A stretch of DNA of 63,562 bases, the filler included, from Octopus bimaculoides (Eukaryota), in assembly GCF_001194135.2 (NCBI RefSeq). It is 7 parts of 7 records of this genome, joined end to end, with 100 filler letters (N's around TTAATTAATTAA, not from the genome) between each part and the next. Parts side by side here need not be neighbours in the genome. Positions count along the whole stretch, not along the records: positions 1 to 4,246 come from NW_026351484.1; positions 4,347 to 12,552 come from NC_068982.1; 5 more parts are not named here. One strand, given 5' to 3'. A program made the position numbers and the translations under genes. Positions within the stretch are counted from its first letter, which is position 1. The number at the start of each line of letters is the position of its first letter. Shown in pieces: positions 1 to 10,942 of the stretch. The notes beneath the pieces were generated by a model. The model saw nothing but the letters and a program-made list of their open reading frames with translations, did not search any database and was not told the origin of the DNA.

Positions 1-300
1 TTCTACCCCACCCTCTACCTGCCCACATACCCCACCTCTACCCCCACCCTTGCTTTCTCCACTCTCGCCTCCCCCACTTCCCAACACCATCACACCACAC
101 CACACATCACTACACCATACCACACAACACATCACATCAGAACACACCACCACGCACAGACCAGCACTGACCAATTCCCAGCCCCAGATTTTCACACCTA
201 CACATACACACACGCACACATCGAGATCACCAGCCCTCTTCCACACGCACATACAAACTCTCCTATACACGCACGCGCACCTTCATTTTGGGATCACTAC
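1..300. repeat. CA-rich low-complexity / degenerate (CA)n tract
   Basis: Almost entirely C and A with CACAC/CACCAC motifs; the H/T/P-rich ORFs here are compositional artefacts. Confidence 0.8.
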
Positions 301-521
301 TACTTTATTATCTCCCCTTCTTCCTAGCTTTCCTGTGTGACACTTCTGTCGGCATTTGCCATGATAGATCGCTAACCACTACACATTCTTTTTTTTTCTG
401 TCCTTCTTTCTTGCTGTGTTCAAAAGACATACATACGTACATACATACATACATACATACATACATAGAGAGGACCTACTCGTGGCGTGTGGTCTGTGTA
501 TAGCCTTGTTGCTAGTTCTTG

Positions 522-571
522 AGTTAACGGGTTTAGTAAGCGTTTTCGGATCAATAATCCTTCACCAGACT
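522..571 (-). ncRNA. Minimal type-I hammerhead ribozyme motif (Penelope-associated), A6G variant
   Basis: Minus strand reads AGT-CTGGTGA-A-GGAT(tattg)ATCC-GAA-AACG(cttactaaacc)CGTT-A-ACT: stem I AGT/ACT, stem II 4 bp, stem III 4 bp, triplet UUA. Lies about 50 nt downstream of a PLE-like endonuclease C-terminus. Confidence 0.55.
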
Positions 572-620
572 TTACATGGTTATTACTACTAGCGTTGGCG
601 TTTCTTACAGCTGGTGTTAG

Positions 621-719
621 CTACAGGTTCCGGAAGTAGTGAATGAACTTCCAACCATCAAGCTCATTCCGGTGATTGAGACTGGACGCCTTCTTCCTGA
701 TGGAATATGCCTTCTTTAT
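621..719 (-). mobile_element. Penelope-like element, GIY-YIG endonuclease C-terminal remnant
   Basis: Translates as IKKAYSIRKKASSLNHRNELDGWKF, resembling the IKEALxIxxxxPSLN motif at PLE ORF ends; followed by an HHR motif as expected for a pseudo-LTR. Confidence 0.5.
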
Positions 720-2189
720 TCATAAAGCAAACTTTTTAAAACATTTAAAATTATTTAATTTTGACGAAATTGTAAGCAAAGAAAGAACTGATTAGCACCT
801 TNNNNNNNNNNNNNNNNNNNNNNNNNNNNNNNNNNNNNNNNNNNNNNNNNNNNNNNNNNNNNNNNNNNNNNNNNNNNNNNNNNNNNNNNNNNNNNNNNNN
901 NNNNNNNNNNNNNNNNNNNNNNNNNNNNNNNNNNNNNNNNNNNNNNNNNNNNNNNNNNNNNNNNNNNNNNNNNNNNNNNNNNNNNNNNNNNNNNNNNNNN
1001 NNNNNNNNNNNNNNNNNNNNNNNNNNNNNNNNNNNNNNNNNNNNNNNNNNNNNNNNNNNNNNNNNNNNNNNNNNNNNNNNNNNNNNNNNNNNNNNNNNNN
1101 NNNNNNNNNNNNNNNNNNNNNNNNNNNNNNNNNNNNNNNNNNNNNNNNNNNNNNNNNNNNNNNNNNNNNNNNNNNNNNNNNNNNNNNNNNNNNNNNNNNN
1201 NNNNNNNNNNNNNNNNNNNNNNNNNNNNNATAGGTCCATCTTTTTTCTGCATGTCGTGAAAGGTGACTAAAACAGGTTGAGGTAAGATTTGCACTCCGAG
1301 GTCGTGAACGTCTCACCAGCAATGACTACCCAAACAGACCCATGGGTTGGTGGATTGTCACTGTTTGGTGCAAAAGTGTCATCCGCCGGTAGTAGGCATC
1401 ACCAATGTAGTGAATGTAGTAACGCGCTGTTACAGCACATGCCTCCATGCTACTACTACTACTGGAGTACACATTCCCCCATGCTACTACTACTGCTCAA
1501 TAAGTGTTTTAAAGACGCTGAATTCGATGAAAGGTTACATCCCTGGAGACTGACTTCAATTTAAATATTATTAAAAACACTGAACCAGTGGAAAGTACTT
1601 GGTACTGCCTCAAATGAGGGAATACACGGTGCTGTACTAGAATGCCTCGTTCTTTCAGTTTCCTTTTTTAGATGTGAGGTGTAGTTCAAAGAAGATTTGA
1701 CTGGCTGCTATTTGTAACAAATCGCGGATAAACTGTTGTATTTCTTGCATGTCGGCAATCGACACTTCCGATTGCCTAAAATTACATAATTTTAAATGCT
1801 GACCAATGCTTTGTGTAGAAGACACCCAAAATGTTGCGCCGTGGGACTCTGAATGCAACGTTACGTCGTTGTACAACAAGTTTCTTAAGCACACAGACAC
1901 ACCTGCAACTATATGATATTGAATAATTATCTTTATCGGAACGCGAACAAGCGTTTGTCACATGGCGATTTTCAAGTTATGACATAACCGCGGCTTGATC
2001 ATGTGTGTAGCCGACTTTTCAGCCAATGATAAATGAGGCGTCACATGAAAGATGATTCTGGAAGGTCCTGGAAATGTTTTCCTCTGCTATTATAAATTTT
2101 GTAGCAAAAGGCGTCAATATACAGACGTAGGACCGCAACCGTTCTTCGGCGCGGGACGAAACAATTTTTCTTTTCGTGATTCTAATGAC

Positions 2190-3150
2190 TGCATGCTTAA
2201 CCAATAACCAATTGTAAGGCAGAAATGAAACGGGTATTATGGACGAGCAGCTAGAAGAAAACTTCTCCTTCAACCAATTAATATCATGAAAAGAAAGAAA
2301 TGGGCTAAGGAAATGTCAGAAAAATCCAGTTCATTTTGGGATTGAGTGATTTTCTCAGATGCATCCAGATTTGCCTTATTTTCAGACAGTGGACGTGTTT
2401 AGGTCTGGAGGCTTCCCAATCAAGAATTTGATTTGAAACGACTCCAACCAATTGTGAAACATGGTATCTCTGTAATGGTATGGGGAGCTGTCACCAGCAA
2501 TGGTCGTTTTGAGCTGATCGAATGTGTTGGAACCATAAACTCTGAAAAATACATCGAAATACTTAAACAAGAAATATTTCCGATGTATTCNNNNNNNNNN
2601 NNNNNNNNNNNNNNNNNNNNNNNNNNNNNNNNNNNNNNNNNNNNNNNNNNNNNNNNNNNNNNNNNNNNNNNNNNNNNNNNNNTGTATTCACGCGATAACA
2701 TAACGAAAAAAGAGTTTTATTCATGGAAGATTGGGCTCCATGTCACACGGCGAAAAAGAATCGACAATGGCTGACTGAAAATGGGATCAAAAAGCTTCCT
2801 TGGCCGAGCCAATCTCCTGACATGAACCCAATTGAAAATCTTTGGAGCATACTAGATATAGCTATACGAAGAACTCAACAGAAACCTAAATCTAAAGATG
2901 AATTGTTTCGATTGTTGCGTGAAAAGTGGGCAGAAATTCCACAAGAGACAATCACAAAGCTCATCAGTTCAATGCCAAAAAGAGTTTCTGAGTTAAAAAC
3001 TGCAAAGGGAATGTCAACTAAATACTAAAGTATCGATTACATTTCAATTGTTCGCTTTGCGTATTAAATAAAAGATTTTGAAAATTAAAGGTGTCTTTAT
3101 TTCCTGCATGTCTATGTATATATTTTTTGTGTTTAATCCAGCCCCAGTGG
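2190..3150 (+). mobile_element. Tc1-family DNA transposon, decayed DD34E transposase
   Basis: YGRAARRKLLL...VIFSDASRF (first D), VMVWGA, EDWAPCH (second D), then 34 residues to the E of WPSQSPDMNPIENLW, ending GMSTKY at 3028. In-frame stops and an N gap. Possible right TIR ...CCAGCCCCAGTG near 3148; left TIR not seen. Confidence 0.92.
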
Positions 3151-3181
3151 TAAATTTTTGATAGCCAGCTTTTTGCATTTT

Positions 3182-3397
3182 TGTTATGGGGTTAATAATA
3201 ATGATAATGGAACACCCCTCTCACGTGACAAGTAGTATGTGATAGTCGTTACAAATACTGTGACGTAGAAAGTCGAACAGTCGGAGAGGTCGGCAAGGTC
3301 GGTCATAGATAGTTGTATCTTAGTTGCCGAGCTATACTGCTATGCCAGTGTAGCCGTTATAACAATTCGACTTTGGATGCTTACAACAGTGGCGACC
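3182..3397 (+). mobile_element. Probable Ty3/Gypsy 5' LTR plus primer-binding site (truncated)
   Basis: TGTT at 3182 to ...TTACAACA at 3388, immediately followed by G-TGGCGACC (3390-3397), a PBS-like motif. No gag/pol follows. Confidence 0.5.
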
Positions 3398-3773
3398 AGA
3401 TATTAACAAATACCCAATGAATTAACAAACTCACGAGGATTAAACAAACTCACAAGAGGTTACGAAACTCACAAATGTTATTTGTGCGAATTTTACGGTA
3501 TACAAAATCGTTAATTTATGGGGGATTTTTTGGCCAGTTTGTGAATTCACGCCAAAGACCCTGGAGTACCTGTTGGCCAGGAAATTTGATTTTTGCTGTA
3601 ATTTTCTTTTTTCCGTCTACCTTTCCTAATTTTTTCTTTCTTTTTAAACTGTTTATTTATTTTTGGGACTTCTTTGTTTTATTTATTTGACTGTTCTGTT
3701 AACTTTTTGTGTATCTTTTTGGGGGCTTTTTCTTTGACCTTTGAACTTTCTTTGAACTTTTAAGAAGAGGACG

Positions 3774-4246
3774 ATGGTGTTGCGGACCTATTCTAGGTCA
3801 CGTGACGCCATCGCCCTCTTCGACAAGGATATTATTACAAAAGAGCTGGCAAAATGCCTGCCAGCTAAGAATTACTTTGTGTTCAGGGGTATCAAATATG
3901 CAACGGTGTGGTTGCTATTTGACACCCCTAAGGAAGCTTGCATTGCAGTAAGCCAACCCCGAGAGGGGGAATCTATATTGTTCCTCCCCACATATTGTGA
4001 AAAGAAAGTAACGAGGGCTTGGATCTGCGGGTTACCACCCTGAGTTCAGTCGGAGTGGATCGAACAGACTATCCGTCGAGGTCTGGGCGGGAGTGGATCC
4101 AAGCTCCTCAGTGTCAGGGTTGAGGCCGCGACTGATTGAGTAGGGTCAAAAGCAGTTTTGACCCTATGGACCCAATCAGTCGGCGACCTGGTAGTTCCTG
4201 ATTTTTTAATAATGGCCGGGGCCAGGTATCCGGTGATATTGGCGGG
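3774..4246 (+). mobile_element. L1/Tx1-like non-LTR retrotransposon ORF1 remnant
   Basis: MVLRTYSRS...KKVTRAWICGLPP*VQSEWIEQTIRRGLGG...VPDFLIMAGARYPVILAG with two in-frame stops. Resembles the RRM-type ORF1 region preceding the zinc knuckle; T-rich leader at about 3530-3770. Confidence 0.55.
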
Positions 4247-4346
4247 NNNNNNNNNNNNNNNNNNNNNNNNNNNNNNNNNNNNNNNNNNNNTTAATTAATT
4301 AANNNNNNNNNNNNNNNNNNNNNNNNNNNNNNNNNNNNNNNNNNNN
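4247..4346. other. Assembly join marker N44-TTAATTAATTAA-N44 (also 12553-12652, 22438-22537, 26754-26853, 44935-45034, 61800-61899)
   Basis: Identical 100-bp construct occurring six times; the 12-mer puts stops in all six frames. Confidence 0.95.
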
Positions 4347-4526
4347 GGCACATTTTTCTAATCCGAATTTCATTTCTATTTCCTTGGTAAAGCCGTGTAC
4401 TGTCTGTAGTAGTGTTTCTAGCTCTTTGTCGTTTTTTGCATATAATTTTAGGTCATCCATATATAGAAGGTGGCTGACTGTTTTTCCATAGCATTTGTAA
4501 CCGCATCCAGTTCTATTTAGCAATTC

Positions 4527-4527
<1 letters not shown>
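4347..4527 (-). mobile_element. R4/Dong non-LTR retrotransposon RT fragment
   Basis: SHLLYMDDLKLYAKNDKELETLLQTVHGFTKEIEMKFGLEKCA; 5' truncation abuts the (ATT/ATC)n tract. Confidence 0.9.
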
Positions 4528-4589
<62 letters not shown>

Positions 4590-4614
4590 CAACATTATTA
4601 TTATTATTATTATT

Positions 4615-4667
<53 letters not shown>

Positions 4668-4686
4668 TATTATTATTATTATTATT
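4528..4686. repeat. (ATT)n/(ATC)n compound microsatellite
   Basis: Direct reading. Confidence 0.95.
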
Positions 4687-4790
4687 TTGCTAGCGCTTGT
4701 CAATTTAGCCATCAGATATTTTATCTTGAGATTTGGTGATCACAAGTCTCCTCATATCTCAAGAACCTTTCTCAGGTCGACAATGCGAGT
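4687..4790 (-). mobile_element. R4/Dong 3' tip
   Basis: Minus strand LRKVLEI* followed by a short UTR running into (AAT)n; same ORF end as the neighbouring copy (ARILRKVLEK). Confidence 0.6.
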
Positions 4791-4810
4791 TTCAATTCCA
4801 TTTTTCAGAC

Positions 4811-6915
4811 TTTTCTTCTTCTTCTTGCCTTTACACAGCTTCTAACACTAGAGATGTACTACAGTGTCAACTGTTCACTACCAGTGAACTAAGGTAACAC
4901 ATCTTATTTTTCGAGCACTTTCCGGAGTATTCGAGCGGTTCCAAGCAGTGCAGTTTTCTGCAAGTGCGCCACCGTTATTGCAGCCCATATTTGTTCCACG
5001 TACTTTTCGAGATTTTTGTTCACTGTTCCCAGGGCTCCGACAATTATTGATACTACTGCTACCTTTTTCATCGACCACAACTGCTTAACTTCCCAAGCTA
5101 ACCTGTCATACCTCTCGACTTTTCTTTCTTCCTTATCGCATACCTTGTTGTCAGCTGGGCATGCTATATCTATGATCCAGTACAGTTTGTTTTCTTTCTC
5201 AATTAAGACTATGTCCGGCTTCCTTTTCTCTATCTCATGGTCGCACTGAATCATAAAATCCCATAGGATCTTTGCATTTTATTTTCGACGATACCTTCAG
5301 GTTTGTGGTCGTACCAATTTTTTGCTCTGTCAAAGCCATACTTGTTGGAAAGTGTCCAATCGACAAGCCTGGCTATATTGTCATGGCGTCTCTTATATTC
5401 CTCCTGGGCTAGTGGCGTACATTGGCTGGTAATATGCCATACGGTTTTACCGTTTTGTCCACAGATTCTGCACTCATCACTTTCTGATGTGTTGTCTATT
5501 CTGTATTTTATGTAGTTTGTTCTTGGTGCTTGCTCTTGGGAAGCACAGATTAGAACCTCCGTTTCCAGTTTTAAATGACTTTTAGTCATCCACAACCATC
5601 TTTTTTCTCTGTCTGTCTTATCTTCAACATCCCTATCAAATTGACCATGCATTCTTTTCTTTATCCACCTATTTTCAATTTCATTCGTTTTCAATTTCTT
5701 GTATAGTGCTTTATTTTTGCAATCTTTCATCCTACACAAGCCTGACCTTCTTACTTCTAATAATAGCGGTTCTGTGGCACTTTTTACATACCATGCTATG
5801 TTGTTTTCTTCTGCTCTAATGCTGAGTTCGCATCCAATAAGTCCTCTGCCCCCTCTTTTTCTTGGTGCATACAGTCTGTCTGTGTCACTTTTTGGGTGGA
5901 GTGACCCATGTCTAGTAAGCCACTTCCTTGTCTTTTTGTCTAAGCTGTTTAGTTCGTCTACTGTCCATGCGATTACCCCTGCTCCATATCTAAGGAGTGA
6001 AACCACCCAGGTGTTGATAGCTTCGATCTTATTTCGTCCATTTAATTTCGACTTAAGGATCAGTCTGCGCAAGCTTTCCACCTTAAATTTTTGTCATTTC
6101 TTTCTCCATCAATTTATCCATTTCCAAAATCCCCAAGTACTTATAGCCCGTCTCTTCTATCTGCTTCGTAACCTCCCCCGACGGTATCGTTAGCCCGTCC
6201 ATACATTTGATTTTGCCTCTCTTCAAGACTAACACATCACACTTTCTCAGTCCAAACTCCATTCTGATATCAGCACTGAAAGTATACACTGTATCAACGA
6301 GGGAACTGACTTGGGCTTCATCTTTACCATAAAGTTTGAGGCCATCCATGAATAAGAAATTGTTGACTTTTTGCTGGTGGCTTTTGAATACGTACACAGC
6401 TTTTGCTTTCCTCGGAATCTGTGTTAGTAGTATCAAGCACAGTACAAAGATCAGTGAGGACAGGCAGTCTCCTTGGAAGATGCCCTCCTAATTTCTACTG
6501 TCCCTAAACTTCTTCCGTATGCTGTCAGGTTCGTCCTCCATTTCGCCATTCTTTTTCAAAGCAATCGCTCAACATTCGATGCAATACCAAACAGGTTCAT
6601 ACACTCCATAATCCAAGAATGTGGGATCATATCTTACGCCTTACGACAGTTGATCTATGACATGGCTAAGTTACTTTTCCTCCTCTTGCAGTCTCTAAGA
6701 ACAGTTTTGTCTATCAGGGATTGATCCTTGCTACCTCTGCACTTACGCTTGCAACCCTTCTGTTCATGTGGCAGGACTCCATTTTTTTCGAGATGTTCGT
6801 ACATTGACTCTGTGAGTATTCCAGTCAATAACTTCCATATAAGTGGCAAACAGAATATAGGCCTGTAATTGTCTACCGTATTGCATTTTTCGATGTTTTT
6901 CAGGCACAGCAGATA

Positions 6916-6917
<2 letters not shown>
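4811..6917 (-). mobile_element. R4/Dong-clade non-LTR retrotransposon, 5'-truncated, frameshifted RT-CCHC-REL ORF
   Basis: [17 protein letters not shown]; [15 protein letters not shown]; LFMDGLKL (degenerate YMDD); YKYLG; CRICGQNGKTVWHITSQC zinc knuckle; RKPDIVL...IIDIACP REL endonuclease. (AAG)n tail at 4811-4826; 5' end abuts (ATT)n at 6918. Confidence 0.93.

Positions 6918-6988
<71 letters not shown>
6918..6988. repeat. (ATT)n microsatellite between two R4 copies
   Basis: Direct reading. Confidence 0.95.
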
Positions 6989-6992
<4 letters not shown>

Positions 6993-7650
6993 TAGTCTTA
7001 TTTTTACCACGTGCTTTCACTGGACTACCAGGCATGTGCGGTGCCTAGTAGTGCTATTTTCTGTATGTTATATATACTTGTAAGTCCTGGTGTTTTTGTT
7101 ATGTATTTGTCTGAATGCTTTTTTTTTATCATACCTTATGCGTCTACTATGATAGGAATTGTTTCTGTTTTTAGACTCCACANNNNNNNNNNTTTTTTTT
7201 ATCATACCTTATGCATCTACTATGATAGGAATTGTTTCTGTTTTTAGACTCCACATTCGAGTTACCTCTATTTCCAGATCTTTGTATTTTGAAAGTTTTT
7301 CCGTTTCTTTTAGAGCAACATTGCCATCTGTTGGTATTGATACATCGATTAGAAAGCATATTTTCTTGGTGATCTCTGACAACTATATCCGGTCTATTGG
7401 CCTTAATTTCTCTATGTGTGTATTGGCATATCCTAGAGTATGGTTGCTTTCTCGTTTTCTGTGACCTTTTGTGGCGTGTGCCTATACCATCTTTTTTCTG
7501 TTGCTATTCCATAGTGTTGGCATAGCTTCCAGTGTATATAGGTCCCAACTCTGTCGTGTCTGAATATATTCCTTCTTAGCTAGGACTGGGCAGCCAGAGA
7601 TAATATGATTTATTGTTTCTTCTCTATCACCACATATTCTGCAGAAAAAA
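6989..7650 (-). mobile_element. R4/Dong 3' fragment (second family): CCHC + REL + 3' UTR
   Basis: CRICGDREETINHIISGCPVLAKKEY; NRPDIV-type motif; [10 protein letters not shown]; IQKIALLGTAH; 3' end ACTACTGAATAATAAT running into the (ATT)n tract. Confidence 0.9.
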
Positions 7651-7654
7651 GGAG

Positions 7655-7945
7655 AATATCTAATCAAGCAGTTTGTGTAAGTTTGATGAAACTCTCCAGT
7701 CATTTTATTCATTCCTCCGGGGCGTAATGTTAAGAACCCGCAGACATATTTCTCCTCATGCATTTTGAGAAGTGGAAGTGAAGTAGATTCAGAATATTTT
7801 CTAAGAATATGCACTTTCAAGTTTTTTTCAAAATTGCAGCCGTTTGAAGCAAAATATTCAGCAATTTCTGCCGAACTACTGTTAATGTGTCTGACGTCAT
7901 ACCTGTACCTATTATATCTTTTATTTAATTGTTCTGTTGTACAAT
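7655..7945 (-). mobile_element. Penelope-like GIY-YIG endonuclease fragment
   Basis: Hand translation: CTTEQLNKRYNRYRYDVRHINSSSAEIAEYFASNGCNFEKNLKVHILRKY...EEKYVCGFLTLRPGGMNK, matching the PLE pattern (T..L..R...HR.D...VAEHF...L.V.IL...E..W...L.TL.P.G.N). Confidence 0.7.
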
Positions 7946-7949
7946 CACA

Positions 7950-8330
7950 TGTGCACGACAGTGTGATCTTATATCAAGATAAACAGCGCATGACCTTGCA
8001 GGTGGGGCCCAGTTAGAATTTTCTTCGGGTCGATTAGCCTATCCCGCTCAAAAGGTCCCTGAATAAGGTTTGTTTAAGGATGATGAGCGAAATACCCATG
8101 TTTCCAGAGATGAATTATTCAAATCCCAAAGACTTTCTCTCAGCACATGGCTATGATGCTTCCCCACTACTTCTGCTCGTGATCAGATATGTACAGCCAC
8201 CAAGAGACATACTCAACTGGTTAAGGTCAAACAACTGACAAGCAAATCTGTGGTATTGAGCAGAATATTTGCTGTAGCCCAACTTTTATACCAACACAAA
8301 ACAATGTACATGATAACACTTCCAATTAGT
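7950..8330. repeat. Unclassified interspersed repeat, copy 1
   Basis: About 380 bp clearly homologous to 38690-39080 (e.g. TATATCAAGATAAACAGC, CTTGCAGGTGGGGCC, GTGGTATTGAGCAGAATATTTGCTGTAG). Confidence 0.8.
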
Positions 8331-8377
8331 TAACATGAAAAGCCATGAAAGCCATTGCGTGGTATTGCATCAGAGCG

Positions 8378-8422
<45 letters not shown>

Positions 8423-8461
8423 GGAGAGTATTGTAGTTCGCTTGAAGCATTGTGTATTGTT

Positions 8462-8632
8462 TGTAAAGAATAAAAGTTTAGAATGGTACAACAATGCACT
8501 ATAAAACAAGAAATGGACTATATACCTGTTGTATATATATATCGGACTATAGATAACCAAATTACATAAGGTATATATTCCATTTCTTGTTCTATAGTGC
8601 ATTGTTGTACCATTCTAAACTTTTATTCTTTA

Positions 8633-8634
<2 letters not shown>
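8462..8634. mobile_element. Fold-back element / MITE-like inverted repeat
   Basis: Arms 8462-8527 and 8569-8634 are 66-bp reverse complements with 2 mismatches; 41-nt spacer. Confidence 0.8.
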
Positions 8635-8713
<79 letters not shown>

Positions 8714-9384
8714 NNNNNNNNNNNNNNNNNNNNNNNNNNNNNNNNNNNNNNNNNNNNNNNNNNNNNNNNNNNNNNNNNNNNNNNNNNNNNNNNNNNNNNN
8801 NNNNNNNNNNNNNNNNNNNNNNNNNNNNNNNNNNNNNNNNNNNNNNNNNNNNNNNNNNNNNNNNNNNNNNNNNNNNNNNNNNNNNNNNNNNNNNNNNNNN
8901 NNNNNNNNNNNNNNNNNNNNNNNNNNNNNNNNNNNNNNNNNNNNNNNNNNNNNNNNNNNNNNNNNNNNNNNNNNNNNNNNNNNNNNNNNNNNNNNNNNNN
9001 NNNNNNNNNNNNNNNNNNNNNNNNNNNNNNNNNNNNNNNNNNNNNNNNNNNNNNNNNNNNNNNNNNNNNNNNNNNNNNNNNNNNNNNNNNNNNNNNNNNN
9101 NNNNNNNNNNNNNNNNNNNNNNNNNNNNNNNNNNNNNNNNNNNNNNNNNNNNNNNNNNNNNNNNNNNNNNNNNNNNNNNNNNNNNNNNNNNNNNNNNNNN
9201 NNNNNNNNNNNNNNNNNNNNNNNNNNNNNNNNNNNNNNNNNNNNNNNNNNNNNNNNNNNNNNNNNNNNNNNNNNNNNNNNNNNNNNNNNNNNNNNNNNNN
9301 NNNNNNNNNNNNNNNNNNNNNNNNNNNNNNNNNNNNNNNNNNNNNNNNNNNNNNNNNNNNNNNNNNNNNNNNNNNNNNNNNNNN

Positions 9385-9478
9385 TTTCTTGTCCATCGCC
9401 ACATATTTTGCAGTTACTTGTTATGTTTCTTTTCTTTATGTGTTTTTGGTAATTTCTGGTGGGGAGGCTTTGGTCTTT
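9385..9478 (-). mobile_element. R4/Dong fragment (zinc-knuckle region)
   Basis: DQSLPTRNYQKHIKKRNITSNCKICGDGQE; 5' end abuts (ATT)n at 9479. Confidence 0.8.
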
Positions 9479-9485
9479 ATTATTA

Positions 9486-9610
<125 letters not shown>

Positions 9611-10494
9611 TTTCAAATGCATTTCGTATACGGTAATAAAATTTAGGAGTTTAAGATGGTTAGGTGGTTTTCCATCTAATGTGACTCCGCTCAGAAGGCT
9701 GTAATCTTGTTTGGTAGTAACCCGGTAAAGAAATACATGGAGCAAAGGTGATAAATTTAAATACATTTATTGTTATCAAAGTATATATACACAAGCTAAA
9801 TGGAAGTGGTTGATGTACATTTATTCATATATCTATATGCGTCTGCGTGGATTGTATATTAGCTGTTAACCCTGGTGAGGAAAGCTCACAAACAGCGACA
9901 TGTCAGAACCAGTGCAGTGTGTTGCTGCTGTGTAGATGTTGTTGACGACATTGGTAAGAGACATCAGTGGTGGCGACGAAGATGGAAGTCGCTGTAATGT
10001 GGTCAATGGTTAGACCTTAGAAAGTCTGGAACCAACTGATGTTGAGACTAGTAGGAGGTGAGCTTTCATAGCTGATGGTAGGCTCGAATGCTTGTTTGGA
10101 ACAGACTGTCGCACGTGACTTATTTGAAGGTTGTGATTGCTTGGGTTGCATATTGGCGTGCAATAGAGTAAGAGACAAATTGCGCCAATACCAACCAATC
10201 AGAGTGGTAGATACAATGGGGTCCAAAACACCGCCCAAAGGTTAGCTGTTACCTGCTACGTTCGTAAGTATGTATTATTAGGGAGGAAGCTCACCAGAGT
10301 TCGCTACAGGAGTATCAAGATATCGTTAAAACTAATTTAACCGCTAGATTATTTCAAGTGAGAGATTGATTCTCATACAACTAGCACTACCACTCTGTTA
10401 AAATGTATCACTCACCCAGAATATCTATCCTTCTTTCCATTTTCCACAGTAAATGGATACTAGAAAATATTCCATAGCTATTCTGTTGGGTAAC

Positions 10495-10835
10495 ATTGTC
10501 TCTGGTAAGTAGTTTGGTTCCCAGCCGCATGTCTTCAGGTTCAGTCCCACTGCGTGGCGCCTTGGGCGAGTGCCTTATACTATAGCATCGGGCCGACCAA
10601 AGTCTTGCGAGTGGATTTGGTTGACGGAAACTGAAAGAAGCCCGTCGCATATCGTGCGCGCGTGTGTGTGTCCCAACCGGTCTTAATGTTTTTACGTCCC
10701 GAAAAAGAATCGACAGAATAAGTACCAGGTTTGAAAAAAAAGTATAAGTGCTGAGGGTCGTTCGTTCGACAAAAATTCCTGAAGGCGGTGTCCCTAGCAC
10801 GACTGCAGTATAATGACTGAAACATATAAAAGATA
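10495..10835 (+). mobile_element. tRNA-derived SINE family A (head, core, microsatellite, 3' module)
   Basis: GGTAAGTAG...GGTTCAGTCCCACTGCGTGG...GGAAACTGAAAGAAGCCCGTCG, then (GT/GC)n, then ...AATAAGTACCAGG...GACTGAAAC; many copies in the window. Confidence 0.8.
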
Positions 10836-10942
10836 TAAGATATCTTTAAATGTTTTGCGTGTGTTATGTGCTATTTCGTTGCTTTCAAATATTCAAATAC
10901 GACCTATGTAGATAAGATGAAATATGTTTGTCTGAACATTGT

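Noticed and set aside
1231-1285. GTCG-TGAAAGG-TGAC-TAA stem-loop recalled from retrotransposon 5' regions, possibly part of a ribozyme
   Set aside because: Upstream part lies in the N gap and I cannot verify the family from memory; needs an Rfam/Dfam search.
1622-2273. Minus-strand ORFs (81 and 84 aa) and a TA-CACGGTG possible TIR upstream of the Tc1
   Set aside because: No recognisable transposase motif and no partner TIR; left unassigned.
4291-4302. TTAATTAATTAA palindromes recurring six times
   Set aside because: Always centred in N44 flanks, 100 bp in total: a synthetic scaffolding marker, not biology.
7119-7255. 64-bp direct repeat flanking a 9-N gap (similar case near 18450-18545)
   Set aside because: Typical unmerged contig overlap artefact.
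9871-9912. CTGGTGAGGAAAGCTCACAAACAGCGACATGTC, hammerhead-like
   Set aside because: Two core changes (A6G, G12C) and no convincing stem I; may be an old relic but not supportable.
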